A DNA stretch of 60,662 bases, counting the filler, from Basidiobolus ranarum (Eukaryota): NCBI GenBank assembly GCA_040143965.1. It is 10 parts of 10 records of this genome, joined end to end, with 100 filler letters (N's around TTAATTAATTAA, not from the genome) between each part and the next. Parts side by side here need not be neighbours in the genome. Positions count along the whole stretch, not along the records: positions 6,094 to 12,082 come from JASJQH010008320.1; positions 12,183 to 18,169 come from JASJQH010008321.1; positions 18,270 to 24,252 come from JASJQH010008322.1; positions 24,353 to 30,334 come from JASJQH010008323.1; 6 more parts are not named here. The stretch is one strand, 5' to 3'. The translations under genes were made by a program, and so were the position numbers. The notes beneath the pieces were generated by a model, which saw only the letters and a program-made list of their open reading frames with translations, did not search any database and was not told the origin of the DNA. Numbering within the stretch: position 1 is the stretch's first letter; each line of letters opens with the position of its first letter. Of this stretch, positions 11,587-24,629 are shown one piece after another.

Positions 11587-11973
11587 TTAGTCGAAGATGA
11601 TCTTAGTAGGCTTGACGTTGGGATCAATCTCCTTGAAGAAAGCTCCATAGGACTTGTGCTCCTTTCTCTTGACGGTGGTTCCGAATTTGAAAAGATTATC
11701 TGGCACAGTTTGGTTGGCGGACTTCAAGACATTGATGAGAGAGCCTGAATGGGCCTTGTCGTGAGGAGTGAACAGAGTGTGTGCGATACCCTTTTTGCCA
11801 GCTCTACCGGTACGACCAATACGATGAACATACTCATCAATGGTCAATGGGAAAGTAACGTTGATGACATACTCGACATTGGGAATATCCAATCCACGAG
11901 CAGCAACATCCGTAGCAATAAGTAGCGGATAGGAACCATCCTTGAAAGCAGAGATGGCATCAGTACGCTGCTG
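11587..11973 (-). CDS. DBP3: DEAD-box RNA helicase Dbp3, C-terminal part
   Basis: [92 protein letters not shown], with the diagnostic Dbp3 tail. Confidence 0.9.
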   Translation of the reverse strand, partial: QQRTDAISAFKDGSYPLLIATDVAARGLDIPNVEYVINVTFPLTIDEYVHRIGRTGRAGKKGIAHTLFTPHDKAHSGSLINVLKSANQTVPDNLFKFGTTVKRKEHKSYGAFFKEIDPNVKPTKIIFD

Positions 11974-13398
11974 CTCAAAGTGCTGGTAACATCTTCTCCT
12001 TCGTCCCAGACATCAGTAAAGCCAAATCCGCTGCCAGTCATATCATTAATCTTCTGGATCGTCAACCTTTGATCGATGTTTCNNNNNNNNNNNNNNNNNN
12101 NNNNNNNNNNNNNNNNNNNNNNNNNNTTAATTAATTAANNNNNNNNNNNNNNNNNNNNNNNNNNNNNNNNNNNNNNNNNNNNTAATCTCACATAGCTATT
12201 CAAAACTCCACTTTTCTAAAGTTCCTCCAAACAGCCCATATTTTCCCAATATAGCTAATAGTATCTGACCTAGTGGGGCCAGTATAATAAGAACCTAAAT
12301 ATTGGTCAATCTTGCTCAGCCTTTTTCCTTTCCAATACTTTGTTTGATTGCTCCATGATTTAGAGCTTCCAATCAACTTTCCATAGTGGTGGTAAATTTA
12401 TGTACTTCAACTTCAACGTATCTTGGGGCCTGCTGGTACCTGTGGCTAAGATTGTGTGTTTGTAGAAAACTGTACATTTATAACTCCCTGAGTAGTAATT
12501 CAAAGCATCAAATTCTGCAATAGCAGGTAAAGAGCTGGCCATAGTGGTAGTCAAAATATGACTTATTGGTCACGATTGGGCATAATCCACCTTGGTAATT
12601 AGTAAAATTTGATGTAAACCACAACTTGAATGCATTGCTTTGCTGAAATAAAAATGTATATTCAGGTCGATGCTGGAGCCGAATAACACCAATCAACAAG
12701 GTATCTTCCTTGGGTGCAAAGGATATTTGGGGGAAGCTTTGGCAGTTTAGGACAGAGTTGATTTTTACATTTTTGTAAAATTCTGCATTCCATTCGAAAT
12801 TTGGTACTCCAAACTCAAAATCATTAACAATGAAGTATATCCATTATTTGTCTTGACTGCAATAGTTCAATTCATTGATTTATTGAATGTAGAGTCGCAG
12901 GTTGATGTGTCTAAGACTAGTTTGGTAATGTTGACAGATCAACACCTTTGTGAGAAATATTCAAATAGATGCTACGCGGGCTTATCAGCAATCCAGTTTG
13001 AAAAGATCAAATATGGTAAATAAAATATTTCAAAACTCCAGTGCTTTGGAATTATGCTCTGATATCATGCAAGACAGTCCCGGCCATACATGCAGGATGG
13101 TATACTTGAAAATTAAGCCGGTTCAATTTGCCATTATCTATCTATTGAGGCAAGCCCGATAACCGCTTGCATTATGTCTGCTTGTTAAGTACACAATAGG
13201 CAACAACTGCAGAGCCAAAATGCTACATGAAGTTATCATCACTTCTTTTCCAGATTGATGTAGATCATTGTAACTCCGTCAGATAATTCCTTATTCTTCC
13301 CATTCTTTCTTCTGGTGCTTGTCACTTCACGTATGCTGTAATGACTAGAATGGTTACATATCTTCACAGTTAGACTGATATTGGGGAGGTGATATTAG

Positions 13399-14010
13399 GC
13401 GTATGGAATTGAGCTTGAAGAGATCACTGTATCTATGTGGGCGCTATTAGAAACATCAATTCTAAGTGCACTGGCTCAAACTGTGGACTACAAGAAAATA
13501 TCATTCGGCCAAATTTCATGTTAGCAATCACTACAGACTTGATACCCGACTTTCTACCTGACACTGATGTCGCACAAACAGATATCGACTGCATTGTAGC
13601 TCAGATTCTGGGCAGGGTATCCAATATCCAGGATATCTATCCCCCCATGTCTTCACTTCAAGATGAAATATTGTTTCATCATATGATGCATTGGTGACTT
13701 CTATCTACTAACAGCTCACCTGGCCTTCCAACCCAGAAGCTTACTTGATCGTCACCTCGACGCAGGCCAGTGTGTAGTGGCTGGCCGGGATATCCTGCGC
13801 ATATCTTTTTTCAAAAGAAACTGTCGAAGTGGCGTGGCGTCATTACTGAACTGACATTGAATCTAAATGATGAATCCGATAAGAGGCAATTTGCGATCGC
13901 TTTGGCCCTCATCAACATCGTATGGGTTTAAATTAGGCACCATTGGTACGACTCATAGACACCCAAGACAATGATGAAAGGCTGGCAAGCGTACCAGAAA
14001 CATGTGACAA
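13399..14010 (+). pseudogene. Decayed bacterial-type NRPS module relic (A/T remnants plus dual E/C-type condensation domain start)
   Basis: Across frameshifts and stops: [135 protein letters not shown]. These are colinear with LTQADIDRIV...NIQDIYxLSPLQDGILFHH...LLDRYL..VVxRHDILRT...QVVWR...RFDPR..RxDLxQAPL. Confidence 0.75.
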
Positions 14011-15388
14011 ATTCGATGTCGTAACCACAATACTGCAACCCAATGGTTCGTAATACTCCGTGCTCACCCCTTACATGAAACATGGATCATCAAAACACTC
14101 GATATAGTCATCGTATCCCTTGAGTAGTACGACATCGAAGGTGCAAGTCAATACTATATCTCTAATGTTTTCTAATGCCGAGCAGTGTACATCTTAAGCC
14201 AAATCTGCGATTGGGCAAGTCAATTTGATGTATAGTATAGAAGCCTCCCAAGTGGCATCAACATTGCAGGGATAAGCGTCTTTCGTATTCATTCAGATAG
14301 TGAGTGAATATTTCTATCTTGGTTCTTAAAGGTAGTGTAGAATGATCAACAAACTCCTATGACTTGGAAGATGAGCCATTTAACTCCTCATGAAGCAGTA
14401 CAGCCTTCAATGACCGGAGCTCATAGTATATTGTGCTATGGGTTATATGCAGTCACTTTTCAAACTGATGAAAACCCCAAATATATGTGATGAAAAGAGA
14501 AGTGTTTATAAATCACTAAGGAAATCATTGTAATGTACGCATTATGTTTACACGTTACACAATGACTTAGTGAGGTTAACTCCGTGATTTCATGTTCGCA
14601 CTGCCCAGTTTGATGCAAATGGTTATGATTGTAGAAGAAAAATCTACACCTTGCCCAGTATGCAACCTTACTCACTATATTCTATGCACCAGTGATCTAT
14701 GCTACTACGATGCATTAAATTCGGAAGAAAAATCAGAGCAAGTCAATCAGTGCTGACCTGGGATCATCTTTGGTGGATTCTTTGTAATGTAGATAGAAAG
14801 TCCATCCCAGACACTCTGCAAAAGGATTCCATCATTGTTCACTTTAGGAAACGTGTTCTGCCATGTTAAAAATATATCCAGAGTATGGATTCAGCAAAAA
14901 TTACCAACTTGATCAGAGTTGATTATGTATTCTGCAACTTCATGCATTGATATTACCGAACATGAATGTTTCGCTTGCTCCAGATCGAGCCTCATATTCA
15001 CATCCGCTTTCTTACCCGTATGCTGAGTCATTGCAGCACTTATCAGACTCTTTCGAAACATATATGAAGTCACTTGCTCGTCAATTCTAATACACAGTCA
15101 ATATTTCCACGTATCATCATAGATAGTTTGTCTTCAAAGCTCTTCTCGATACTAGCATCCCACCTTTGCTTGTTGGTACTGTAGCACAGCACTAGGACAT
15201 TTGGACAACCCCGACCTGTAAGCACTCCTCTTACTTTCATACTTTGATTTGTATTTGAGATTTTTCTTAGACCAAGGTGATTAGTCTCATTTATCTGAAC
15301 CTCACTGACTGATTAGCGATCATTGTTCCAACTCTGCTAGAATTTTCTATAAAACCAATCCATCTACAATCGCCATCCTCAAGTAGAA

Positions 15389-18169
15389 ATGACTCCATTC
15401 ACCCACCCAAAAACGTATCAGCTATCCGCTGTACAAACGGAAATTTGGCTAGCACAACAACTCAACCCTGAAAGCCCTATCTACAATATTGCTCAGTTCA
15501 TAGAAATACCTGGCATCGTAGACCCAACTTTGTTCGAGGAAGCTTTGTCGCAAGTACTAATGGAAGCCGAATGCATGCGACTACAGTTCATAAAAGGTGA
15601 AAATGGTGTAGAGCAGTTTGTCGGTCCTTTGAATTGGACATTGCCCTTGATCGACGTCAGTACTGATGCTAATCCACAAGAAGCCGCTGAAGCTTGGATG
15701 AGAAATGACTACGAGCAGCCTATGAATCTTCAACACGGCTTAAAGTTTAGATACGCCCTACTAAAGGTTGCAACGCATAGGTACCTTTGGTATCAATGCA
15801 TGCATCATATTATCTTTGATGGATATGGTGCCGTACTTGTTTTACAACGAGCCGCTCAAATCTATAGTGCACTTGTCAAAGGCACTGCTGCGCCAAAATG
15901 TTCGATGAAGCCACTATCCTTTCTTCTTCAGAGTGATATAGATTATCGCAATTCCTCCCAGTTTACCAAGGATCAGAAATATTGGCTTGAGCACTGTAAG
16001 GATTGGCCAGAGCCTGTGACGCTTACTGGTAAAAAAGCGGTCTCCGTACACTTACCTATTCGTCAGACAATTCATTATTCCTCTCAATCCGTTTCCACTC
16101 TCTCTTCTGACCCTCGTCGCTTCACTTATGCGGTGATTGCTGTCATAGCTATATATCTTCACCGTTGGACTGGTATTGAGGAGGTGACATTAGGTTTCCC
16201 AGTTAAGGCTCGCTTTGGCGAAGATCGTCACATCCCTGGCACCACATCAAATGTCCTACCCATCCGAGTCACTGTACAACCTGGCATGAGCCTTTCATCA
16301 TTGATCGAACAGGTAGCACAGGAGGTTCAATTAGGATTGAGACACCAGCGTTACCGAAGTGAGGAGCTTAGGCGAAATCCTCGGTTAGGGCGAAATCAAC
16401 ATTTATACGGGCCTACAATCAACTTAATGCCATTTGACCGTGATGTGTCTTTTGGACAATACCAATCGACAGCGCACAATCTCCTTACTGGGCCGATAGA
16501 CGATCTAGCAATCAATATATATGTTGGATGTAATGGTGGGCCCCTACGAATCGATTTTGCGGCAAACCCCACCCTCTACAGAGCAGATGAATTGATAGCA
16601 CATCAACGTCGTATCCTAAACCTCTTAGACACCCTCGCCACAAATCCATCATTGCCAGTGACCGCTGTGGGTATAATTGACATGAAGGAGAGGCAAAAGT
16701 TACTTTTCGAATTGAACGAGACCACCATGCAATATCCTGACCATCAGTGTATTCATCATCTTTTTGAGGAGCAAGTTGCTCTTAATCCAGAAGCCACTGC
16801 AATCGAATACGCAAATCAGGTATTAAGCTATGCGGAGCTGAATTCGCAAGCTAATCGTCTGGCACATTATCTAATTGAGCTTGGAGTTCGACCTGATGAG
16901 CGTGTGGCAATATGCGTAGAGCGGTCGTCAGCTATGATAGTAGGACTACTGGCTATCCTGAAGGCTGGTGGTGCGTATGTCCCTCTTGATCCAGCCTATC
17001 CACCGGAACGACTCAACCACATTCTCACTGATGCGGCACCATATATTCTGTTAGCTGATGCGTCTGGACGTGCTGCATTGAGTAAGACATCTCTCGCCTC
17101 AATGACTGTACTTGACCCAAATATACTGGTGGGATCATTAACTACTAATCCACGCATCTCTGAACTCTCCTCGCACCATTTGGCCTACGTGATTTATACT
17201 TCTGGTACTACTGGGACTCCAAAAGGCGTGATGATCGAACATCGAAACTTGACTAATCTCTGCATATGGCACAATAGTACATTCAGCGTAGGTACGGGCT
17301 CTAAAAGCTCTTTAACAGCAAGAGTTGCATTTGATGCTAGTGTATGTGAAATATGGCCCGCTATCATCGGTGGAGCCACACTAGTTATACCAGATCATTC
17401 AGTTTCTCATGATATACCTGCTCTACTACAATGGTGGGGTCAAGAAAATATCGATGTATCCATTTTAGTTACTCCTCTTGCTGCTATAGTTTTAGGTGAG
17501 AATCAACTTCCCCAGACTTTACGTTACTTGTTGACTGGTGGTGATCGTTTCCCCTATTCACCAAAATCACTACCCTCTGGATTCGCAGTAATGAATGTCT
17601 ATGGTCCAACTGAAATCACAGTTTTAGCTACTTCTGGGCAATTAAAAGCTGATGATAACCAGCCTCATATCGGTCGACCAATCGCAAATACACGTATTTA
17701 TCTACTGGATCCTTATGGTCATCCGGTCCCATTAGGAGCAACCGGTGAAATGTACATTGGTGGAGCGGGTGTGGCACGTGGCTATTTGAACCTTCCTGAG
17801 CTGACTGCTGAACGATTCCTTCCAGATCCATTTAGCATGATTGAAGGATCACGGATGTACAAGACAGGCGACTTGGCTCGTTACCTACCAAATGGCAATC
17901 TGGAGTTCCTGGGCCGTAATGACTCTCAGGTCAAGATTCGTGGTTATCGCATCGAGCTTGAAGAGATTGAAGCTCATCTTGTTGACCACCCACAGGTGAG
18001 AGAAGCAATGGTTCTTGCCATGGGTGATGAAGGTAATAAGAGACTGGTCGCATATGTTATCGCTGACCCAGAGGAGCACCTCGCTCACTCATTACGCTCG
18101 CACTTAGCTTCGAAGGTACCAGACTTCATGTTGCCTTCCGCCTTCGTACGCGTTGATACCTGGCCATTA
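15389..18169 (+). CDS. Nonribosomal peptide synthetase, bacterial type: starter condensation domain + adenylation domain; 3'-truncated
   Basis: Intronless, more than 920 aa. LSAVQTEIWLAQQL..YNIAQFIEI, HHIIFDG, A-domain cores LSYAELN, LKAGGAYVPLDP, YVIYTSGTTGTPKG, FDAS, NVYGPTE, GEMYIGGAGVARGYL, YKTGDL and GRNDSQVKIRGYRIELEEIE. Confidence 0.95.
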
Positions 18170-18396
18170 NNNNNNNNNNNNNNNNNNNNNNNNNNNNNNN
18201 NNNNNNNNNNNNNTTAATTAATTAANNNNNNNNNNNNNNNNNNNNNNNNNNNNNNNNNNNNNNNNNNNNTTTGGACATTAACTCCTGCTTTAATATTAGT
18301 AGCTATAGCATTCCCATCTTTCAAATTACTTTATCTAATGGATGAGGTAATAGATCCAGCCATGACTATAAAAGTAAATGTTGGGGGCGCCAGCGA

Positions 18397-20433
18397 GTGC
18401 AAAATGTCGATCCTAAGCATATGATGAAGCGCTTTGTTCCTATTATCTCTTGGTTACCAAGATACAATCGTAAGTGGTTGCTTGGGGATATCATAGCTGG
18501 ACTTACTGTAGGTATCATGGTTGTGCCTCAAGCCTTGGCTTATGCTTCACTAGCCTCACTTCCGGTCCAATATGGTTTATACTCTTCGTTTCTGGGTGTC
18601 ATGATCTATTGCATCTTCGGTACATCAAAGGATGTTACTATCGGACCATCCGCTATTGTTTCTCTGTATGTTGGTGTTGCGTTGAAAGATCTTGTAGAAA
18701 AAGGGCAAGATCCAGTTGCTGCTGCTGTCACTATGGCTTTCTTATCCGGATGCTTTTGTCTCATCTTGGGAATATTACGCTTGGGTATCATCATGGATTT
18801 AATTTCATCTCCAGTCACTCTTGGTTTTACTTCAGGTGCTGCCATCACTATCCTGGTCAGCCAGGTACCTGCACTTCTGGGTATTAAAAATGTAGTTGTT
18901 CAAGGTCCTATTCATACTGTCCTCAAATCCATTTTCTCCGATCTTGGAAGGACAAGATCTGAAGACACTATAATCGGATTTATATCCATTGCTTTCTTGA
19001 TGTCGTTGAAATATATATCGGATAGATTCGGTCATGTTCATCCTGTTATCAAGGTCCTTGGTGTCGGTCGTAATGCCGTTTGTGTTGTTGTCTTCACTCT
19101 TACGGCGTATATTATGCATGTTGCGTTCGGAGAAGACCGCATCATCTTAGTTGGTACCATTCCTACTGGTCTACCCAAGCCTACTCTTCCCAATCTTGGA
19201 TCTGGTCTACTTGGTGATGTTATGGCACCATCTATTATCGGCGCGCTGGTTGCTATTTTGGAGCATTTTGCCGCTGCTAGAACTTATGGCCGCCAGAACC
19301 ATTACAAGATTGATAGTAGTCAGGAACTCATCAGTTTGGGGATATGTAACATTTCAAATTCTTTCTTTTCGTCCTACCTATGCCCCGGAGCTCTTTCTCG
19401 AACCGCGGTCAATTCTCAATCTGGTGTCAAGACACCTCTAAGTGGAATCGTTACCGGTGTGATTGTCATTCTTTCACTGAACTTCCTACCACCTTTGATT
19501 TACTATGTTCCCAAGGCCAGTTTAGCTGCCATTATTATGACCAGTATATATTCACTTATTGTTGGCTACAAAACATTCTGGAATTTATGGAAAATCCAAG
19601 CCACGGATATGATTGCTTCATTGCTGGCATTTTTGCTGACTCTGTTTACGAACATCCAAACTGGTATTGAAGTCGCAGTTGCTTTTTCTCTGCTTATTAG
19701 TCTTCAACGCATCGCACGTCCTAACTGGCAGATGATTGGTCCGGTCGAAAATATGGATGGAGTTTATGCTGATCGTGCTAATTCTGAATATCAAACCATC
19801 TCACCACCTGACGGCATAATTATTTTCCGACTATCCGAATCTGTTAGCTTTTTAAATGCAGAATACTTCAAAGGAAAAGTACTCAACGCTGCCTATATCG
19901 AGACTGATTCCTCAGTAGAGGTAGCCTCATCCTGGGCTGATCGGGTTTGGTCCGATGACACAGAAGCTCGAATCTCAAGAATGCGCAATAGCTTCAAAAA
20001 GGATATGCCAACAACACAGCAGATGGGGAGTAAAGCACAGCTAGGCAACGACATAGCAGAAAAGATTCAAATTGACGAGCCTTCGTACCCATATCTTAGA
20101 TCAGTCATTCTTGAATGCAGTGGCATCAATCATATCGACTCTACAGGCATTCAAACCTTACATGACCTTAAAGCTCAATTGATGGAGTACTCTGGAAATC
20201 CATTGTTTGAACTCCATTTTGTTGGACTTCAGCCTGAAGTTCTATCGCGCCTTGCGCAATCAGGCTTTACTCGCTCCCCCGAAGATCCACCAGAAGAGAA
20301 GCATCGCTATGTACATCTTACTGTCAAAGAAGCCTTGAAGTGTGCTGACCAAATTCCACCATTATACCGTCAACAAAAGCAACACTCTTTGGAGAAGGAG
20401 GATTTTGAGGAGCACCATATCCATATAGTCTGA
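18397..20433 (+). CDS. SulP/SLC26 sulfate permease with STAS domain; start uncertain (ATG 18421 or an upstream exon)
   Basis: [78 protein letters not shown] motif IDSTGIQTL. Confidence 0.93.
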   Translation: MQNVDPKHMMKRFVPIISWLPRYNRKWLLGDIIAGLTVGIMVVPQALAYASLASLPVQYGLYSSFLGVMIYCIFGTSKDVTIGPSAIVSLYVGVALKDLVEKGQDPVAAAVTMAFLSGCFCLILGILRLGIIMDLISSPVTLGFTSGAAITILVSQVPALLGIKNVVVQGPIHTVLKSIFSDLGRTRSEDTIIGFISIAFLMSLKYISDRFGHVHPVIKVLGVGRNAVCVVVFTLTAYIMHVAFGEDRIILVGTIPTGLPKPTLPNLGSGLLGDVMAPSIIGALVAILEHFAAARTYGRQNHYKIDSSQELISLGICNISNSFFSSYLCPGALSRTAVNSQSGVKTPLSGIVTGVIVILSLNFLPPLIYYVPKASLAAIIMTSIYSLIVGYKTFWNLWKIQATDMIASLLAFLLTLFTNIQTGIEVAVAFSLLISLQRIARPNWQMIGPVENMDGVYADRANSEYQTISPPDGIIIFRLSESVSFLNAEYFKGKVLNAAYIETDSSVEVASSWADRVWSDDTEARISRMRNSFKKDMPTTQQMGSKAQLGNDIAEKIQIDEPSYPYLRSVILECSGINHIDSTGIQTLHDLKAQLMEYSGNPLFELHFVGLQPEVLSRLAQSGFTRSPEDPPEEKHRYVHLTVKEALKCADQIPPLYRQQKQHSLEKEDFEEHHIHIV

Positions 20434-22831
20434 GAAGCAACTCTTTTCGCCCTAACCATATAGTAGTCCTAACCTGCATTCATTAATTTCAAACCACTCA
20501 TACGACCTTACCAATAATGCTTCACGCTTATCAAGAGAACTCGCATAATGTTCACTTGCTTCCTGTGAACTGTTTCTTTGATATCAGGGGATTTACCTCT
20601 TTGTGCACCTCCCACGAAATTTTCCTTGAAAAGACCAATATTAATATCGCCAACTTCTATTGCTTTTCACTAGGCTAGTTTAGATTGTACAGTTTCTTCA
20701 CTATGGAGAGAGTTTCTAAAGCAAGCTTATGTCCTACATCTTTCCTAACACTTCACACGTGATTTATATGGTGCAAAGACTTTTGGCACCTAAAATAAAC
20801 ATGATTTGAAAGCACAATTGATTCTGTTGAACAATTATATTAATTTTGTTACACCAATAGTTTGGAATCAAGATTAAGCTGACCTTATTTGGCAGGTCAG
20901 GTGGCTATTTTCCACATCGTCTTTCATTGGATGGCAAAAGATGCAGCGATAAGACAGTGATTGGCAAGTAGGACTTGATATCGTTGTTTCGAACTATTGC
21001 AAGTACAAAATCAGACCACAACCAATCTGTCTCCAAGACCTCACTTGGTTGGACTCAGACACCCATATCATCACAGATGGTTGTTACCAATGAAACATTT
21101 GCCTGTCTATGCAAGACGGGGGATACACAAGATCCACTGCTACCTTGCCAAAGCATAATTTCGGCCCGTAAATAGGAAGTCCAGGGCAGCTTATTCGCAT
21201 TAGTGTTATATGCTGCACCTGGAAAAAAAACTGAAACGAACCCAGATACGGGCATTTCATTCACTAGATAAATTGAATTCCACCGCGGCCAATGATATCT
21301 GCAATAAGTGAAAGCTTAGTGACTTACTTTCTGCAGAATATTCGAGCGCCTCATACTCTATTGACCCCACATCAAACATTAAATTGTAGTAAATTGAACG
21401 GTCGTGTGCATATTCCCGCTAACACAAATATGGCTTAGCCTGGGATTTCAACCGCTGAGCAGGGGTTGCTCTACTGGATGAAGGAGTATTAGATGAATTT
21501 GGAAGAGATGCTGAGACAAGAACCCTATTGAACCCGATTCAAATCAGGCAGATATCATACCTTATCAATATTGTCTCTCGATATTTTTGGACTGACGAAG
21601 GCCACCAACTTCAAGACTCTGATGGTGGTGAAATCGCCTGCTACTTACGGACCTAACCAACCCAGTTACTCTCTGAAGAATAAGCCTCATATGCACGCTT
21701 CTTGAGTTCACACATCGTACCCGCATTTGATATGCTTTCAACTGGCATAGTTGAACTAGCTCTGAAGAAGTCCCGATGCATTTGATGGAGGAGCTGTGTT
21801 ACATATACATTCAATTAATCCACGTTACACGCCCGTGTAACGGCCACAAGCTGGAGTGTTTGCACCAATGAAACACCCAGCAAAGAACTCTACTTAAGAA
21901 AAGATTTCATAAGATTAGGTTAAATCAATCTCCGTAAGAAGTACAAAATTTCACGAATAAAGTAATCAACCACGATCATTTAGTAATGGCACCTGTAGTG
22001 ATACATTGAGTGTTGCACTCACAAATGTTCTGGCTTGGCTATCTGATGATAATTTTACGATAATCCTGTTTATCCATGGGTTTGGGAATTTTCGATTAAT
22101 TGTTTCGCTTCATTGATGATCAGTTTTCCATGATGCGATTGGTGGTACACGATTAATGGATTAACCCATGATTGGATAAACTGTAAAGATATGTGTGACA
22201 CCAATCATCATTGTCATATTATTCCATTACATAAATATATATATATATATATTAGGAGCCACTCGGAGTGTTGTTATTCGCATGATGTGGGCACTGTATA
22301 CTGTAAAGGAGTTGGCCATAAATTAGTCCTATATAGGGATTACATAGAAATTCTCAACATTTAGTAACGAACAAATGATGACACTTTAATCTAAATGTAG
22401 TAACATAACGTGCTAGAATATAGGCAGGTATTAGCTTGGTTTAACTAGGTACTTTGGCTTATTGAGTGCAGATGTATCGAGTTTATGAAGTAACTATATT
22501 GTTCGCCTGTAATAATTTACAGTAACGGTATACAAAGAACTGATTCATTCTAATCAAGGTGAGAAAATTTATATTTAATTTAAAGGATATAGATAACCAC
22601 TTGTTTGAATTACCAGTACATATCATAACATTCAAAATCAACAAACTATTTTCTTCATATTAGTTAGTGGCATCTGAGCGCAGTAAGCTCTCACCGTACG
22701 TACGAACTTTGTCTGTTCCGGTGATTTCTTCTATAAAAATCTCTAGTGGTTGACAGCATACTAACAGTAAAATTTTTTCTTTTTGATGATCTCGACATAC
22801 TATTTAGTGGCCTGCATTTTTGTATGAAAAA

Positions 22832-23161
22832 TGTTGAAATAAGCATAGCCTAAACATCTATATAGTCATGTATAACTTAGTATTTAGTTATTCCATATTG
22901 AACTAAGATATTTCAATCTATGCTCCAGAGGAATTCACTTGGAAGTTTGAAGATATATATATTTTGATAACTTGTGCTAGAAGCCCCAAATTTTGCACAC
23001 ATGTTTCTGGAACCTTTCTTGACACATTCTATATGTTTTTTTGCTTACATATTGGCAAAACTATAAATGTCAACTTTCTACTCAATAAATCAATAATTTG
23101 AAAGCCATCAATTCTTCTAGTGCAAAAAACTACTTCCAAAAACTCCCAAAATACCTTAACG
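22832..23161 (+). mobile_element. Copia LTR, family A
   Basis: TGTTGAAAT...CCCAAAATACCTTAAC(G), about 330 bp, homologous to the other family A copies in contigs 4, 6, 7, 8 and 10. No clear TSD. Confidence 0.85.
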
Positions 23162-23306
23162 TATTCTTAATTCATTTGGCAATTAAAGATGCATTGTGCT
23201 AATCCCTTTCAATTCATCCCAATGAAGTATAAGCGCTACCTAAAAAAGCAAAGGATACATTTACATGTTTGCCAGAGTTTGGGAAAACTCCCCCCTTGCT
23301 GTTTTT

Positions 23307-23632
23307 AGTTCAAATATTTTGGGGAGTTTATTGAAAGTAGTTTTGAGAACTACAAAAATTCATGGTTCTCACTTATTGATTTATTAAGTAGAAAGTTGTT
23401 ATTAATAGTTTTGTCAAGATGGAAACAAAAAAATGTAGAATGTATTAAGAAAGTCTCCAGCAAGAAGTGTGCAAAGTTCACAGCATATAACATAAGTTCT
23501 CAGAATCTTTATATCTTCAAACTTACAAGCAAGTTCCTCTTGAGCATAGATTGAGATATCTTAGTTCAAATCAAATAACTAAATACTAAGCTATACATGA
23601 ATATATAGGTTTAGGCAAAGCAAATTTCAATG
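23307..23632 (-). mobile_element. Copia LTR, family A, degenerate, inverted
   Basis: Reverse complement aligns with LTR-A along its length. Confidence 0.8.
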
Positions 23633-23793
23633 ACATAAGTATTTAAAGTTATATTAAAAGAAGCAAGCAAATAAAGTTGAGGTTAGAAAAGAGATTAGAA
23701 TCTGATCTGCTAGCTAAGGGTTCATGACCAACTTTTAGTATTAAATTTGATTATCAAAAGGTCACTAGAGTATATATAATTTGCATTAATATC

Positions 23794-24252
23794 TGTTGAA
23801 ATTAGCATTGCCTAAACAACTATATAGGCATATATAACTTAGTACTTAGTTATCATATATTTCACTAAGATATTATCTATTATTCTCATAAGAGAATTTA
23901 CTTGGAAGCACTCAGATACATAAATCTTTCAAACTTGTGCTAGAAGCCCCAGACTTAGCACAAATGCTCCTGAGACCTTCCTTAACACATTCTACACATT
24001 GGCTTGTTTACATCTTGACAAAACTATAAATGTCAACTTTCTAATCAATAAATCAATAAGTGAAAACAGCCAATTCCTCTAATTCTCCAAACCACTTCCA
24101 ACAGGCTCCCAAATACTCTAACAGGCTATGAGCCCCAAGCTTGCACTCTCTGTTATGTCTACTTCTCAAATCTATGGAACTTTTCCCTCTTCTGAAAAAT
24201 TGGATGGAACCAATTATTAAGTTTGGAAAAGTGAAATGAAAATGCTGCTGCA
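23794..24252 (+). mobile_element. Copia element 5' end: LTR-A (23794-24123), PBS (24124-24136), gag start (24155 onward)
   Basis: TG...CA LTR, immediately GGCTATGAGCCCC, then MSTSQIYGTFPSSEKLDGTNY*VWKSEMKMLL (copia gag N-terminal KLxGxNYxxW motif). Confidence 0.9.
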
Positions 24253-24441
24253 NNNNNNNNNNNNNNNNNNNNNNNNNNNNNNNNNNNNNNNNNNNNTTAA
24301 TTAATTAANNNNNNNNNNNNNNNNNNNNNNNNNNNNNNNNNNNNNNNNNNNNTCCTGCTAAAACAGGTAAAGATAGAAGTAATAAGATAGCAGTAATTAA
24401 TACTGCCCATACAAATAGAGGTAATTTATGCATAGTCATAC

Positions 24442-24629
24442 CTGGAGCTCTCATATTTATTATGTTGTAAACTTCTTCGGATGCACAAGGAGCAGAAATT
24501 ATGAGAACAATTCGGGAATAACATGGCCGTTTGCAAGAATTCTTTACAAATGGGACATCTTAAACGAAAATCTATCTCTTCTAGTTCCGAGATAGGCCAC
24601 TCTGATGGGTCCTCGAGGGTAAAATCCAT
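24442..24629 (-). CDS. RAD18: E3 ubiquitin ligase Rad18, first exon (gene truncated by contig end)
   Basis: [47 protein letters not shown]; donor GTATGA at 24441. Confidence 0.85.

Noticed and set aside
12183-13250. Stop-riddled coding-like sequence on the minus strand (similar stretches at about 20950-21800, 32450-33600 and 47880-48538)
   Set aside because: Possibly old pseudogenes or element relics, but I could not recognise any family.
7220-20433. Apparent biosynthetic cluster (GMC oxidase, ACT protein, NRPS, SulP transporter)
   Set aside because: The genes lie on three different size-sorted contigs, so adjacency is artificial.
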